Made by a program: the position numbers and the translations under genes | Source: an uncultured Acidobacteriota bacterium | GTDB lineage: Bacteria > Acidobacteriota > Thermoanaerobaculia > Gp7-AA8 | Direction: 5' to 3' | Assembly (NCBI GenBank): GCA_963822445.1 | Contig: CAWGHO010000002.1 | Location: 928,001-992,000, forward strand | DNA: 64,000 bases | Shown: one piece after another, positions 63,963-64,000 of the stretch | Layout of the letters: the number at the start of each line of letters is the position of its first letter | Position numbering within the stretch: the first letter of the stretch is position 1 | Notes under the pieces: model-generated | Seen by the model: the letters and a program-made list of their open reading frames with translations, nothing else | What the model was told of the DNA's origin: nothing | Database searches by the model: none

Positions 63963-64000
63963 CATGCGTCGATGTCCCTCGACCCTGCCGAAGAGCAGGA

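Noticed and set aside
60363-63965. 1200-aa ORF on the minus strand
   Set aside because: Chimera of antisense Spy/CpxP sequence, the 5' half of one frameshifted gene, an off-frame stretch and the TPR gene starting at 62069.

Overview
High-GC bacterial chromosome segment, mostly housekeeping genes. The gene content and style suggest Acidobacteriota, possibly Thermoanaerobaculia-like (inference, not verified). It contains tal/pgi-gnd, ffh-rpsP-khpA-rimM-trmD-rplS-rnhB, truA-thiL, arcA-arcC, prfC, metH behind a SAM-II-like riboswitch, speA, hslO-fabH, purM/N/D/E, pyrF, polX, three ECF sigma/anti-sigma modules and several TPR or secreted proteins. I found no rRNA, tRNA, CRISPR array, integrase or transposase. 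The most striking unexplained structure is a set of eight 70-105 bp elements with one architecture: about 4 tandem 7-8-mers, a short spacer, then the reverse-complement array. They are built from four unrelated unit sequences. They fill whole intergenic spacers, supply one start codon, and in one case encode a signal peptide. Other highlights are a perfect GTAG-REP doublet in frame inside trmD, a UGA-containing (selenocysteine) peroxiredoxin with a SECIS-like hairpin, a single-ORF BrnT toxin-antitoxin fusion, a C-terminal RRRAVR tail on a secreted protein, and pervasive leaderless-type promoters. Five genes carry single +1 frameshifts that look like sequencing errors.
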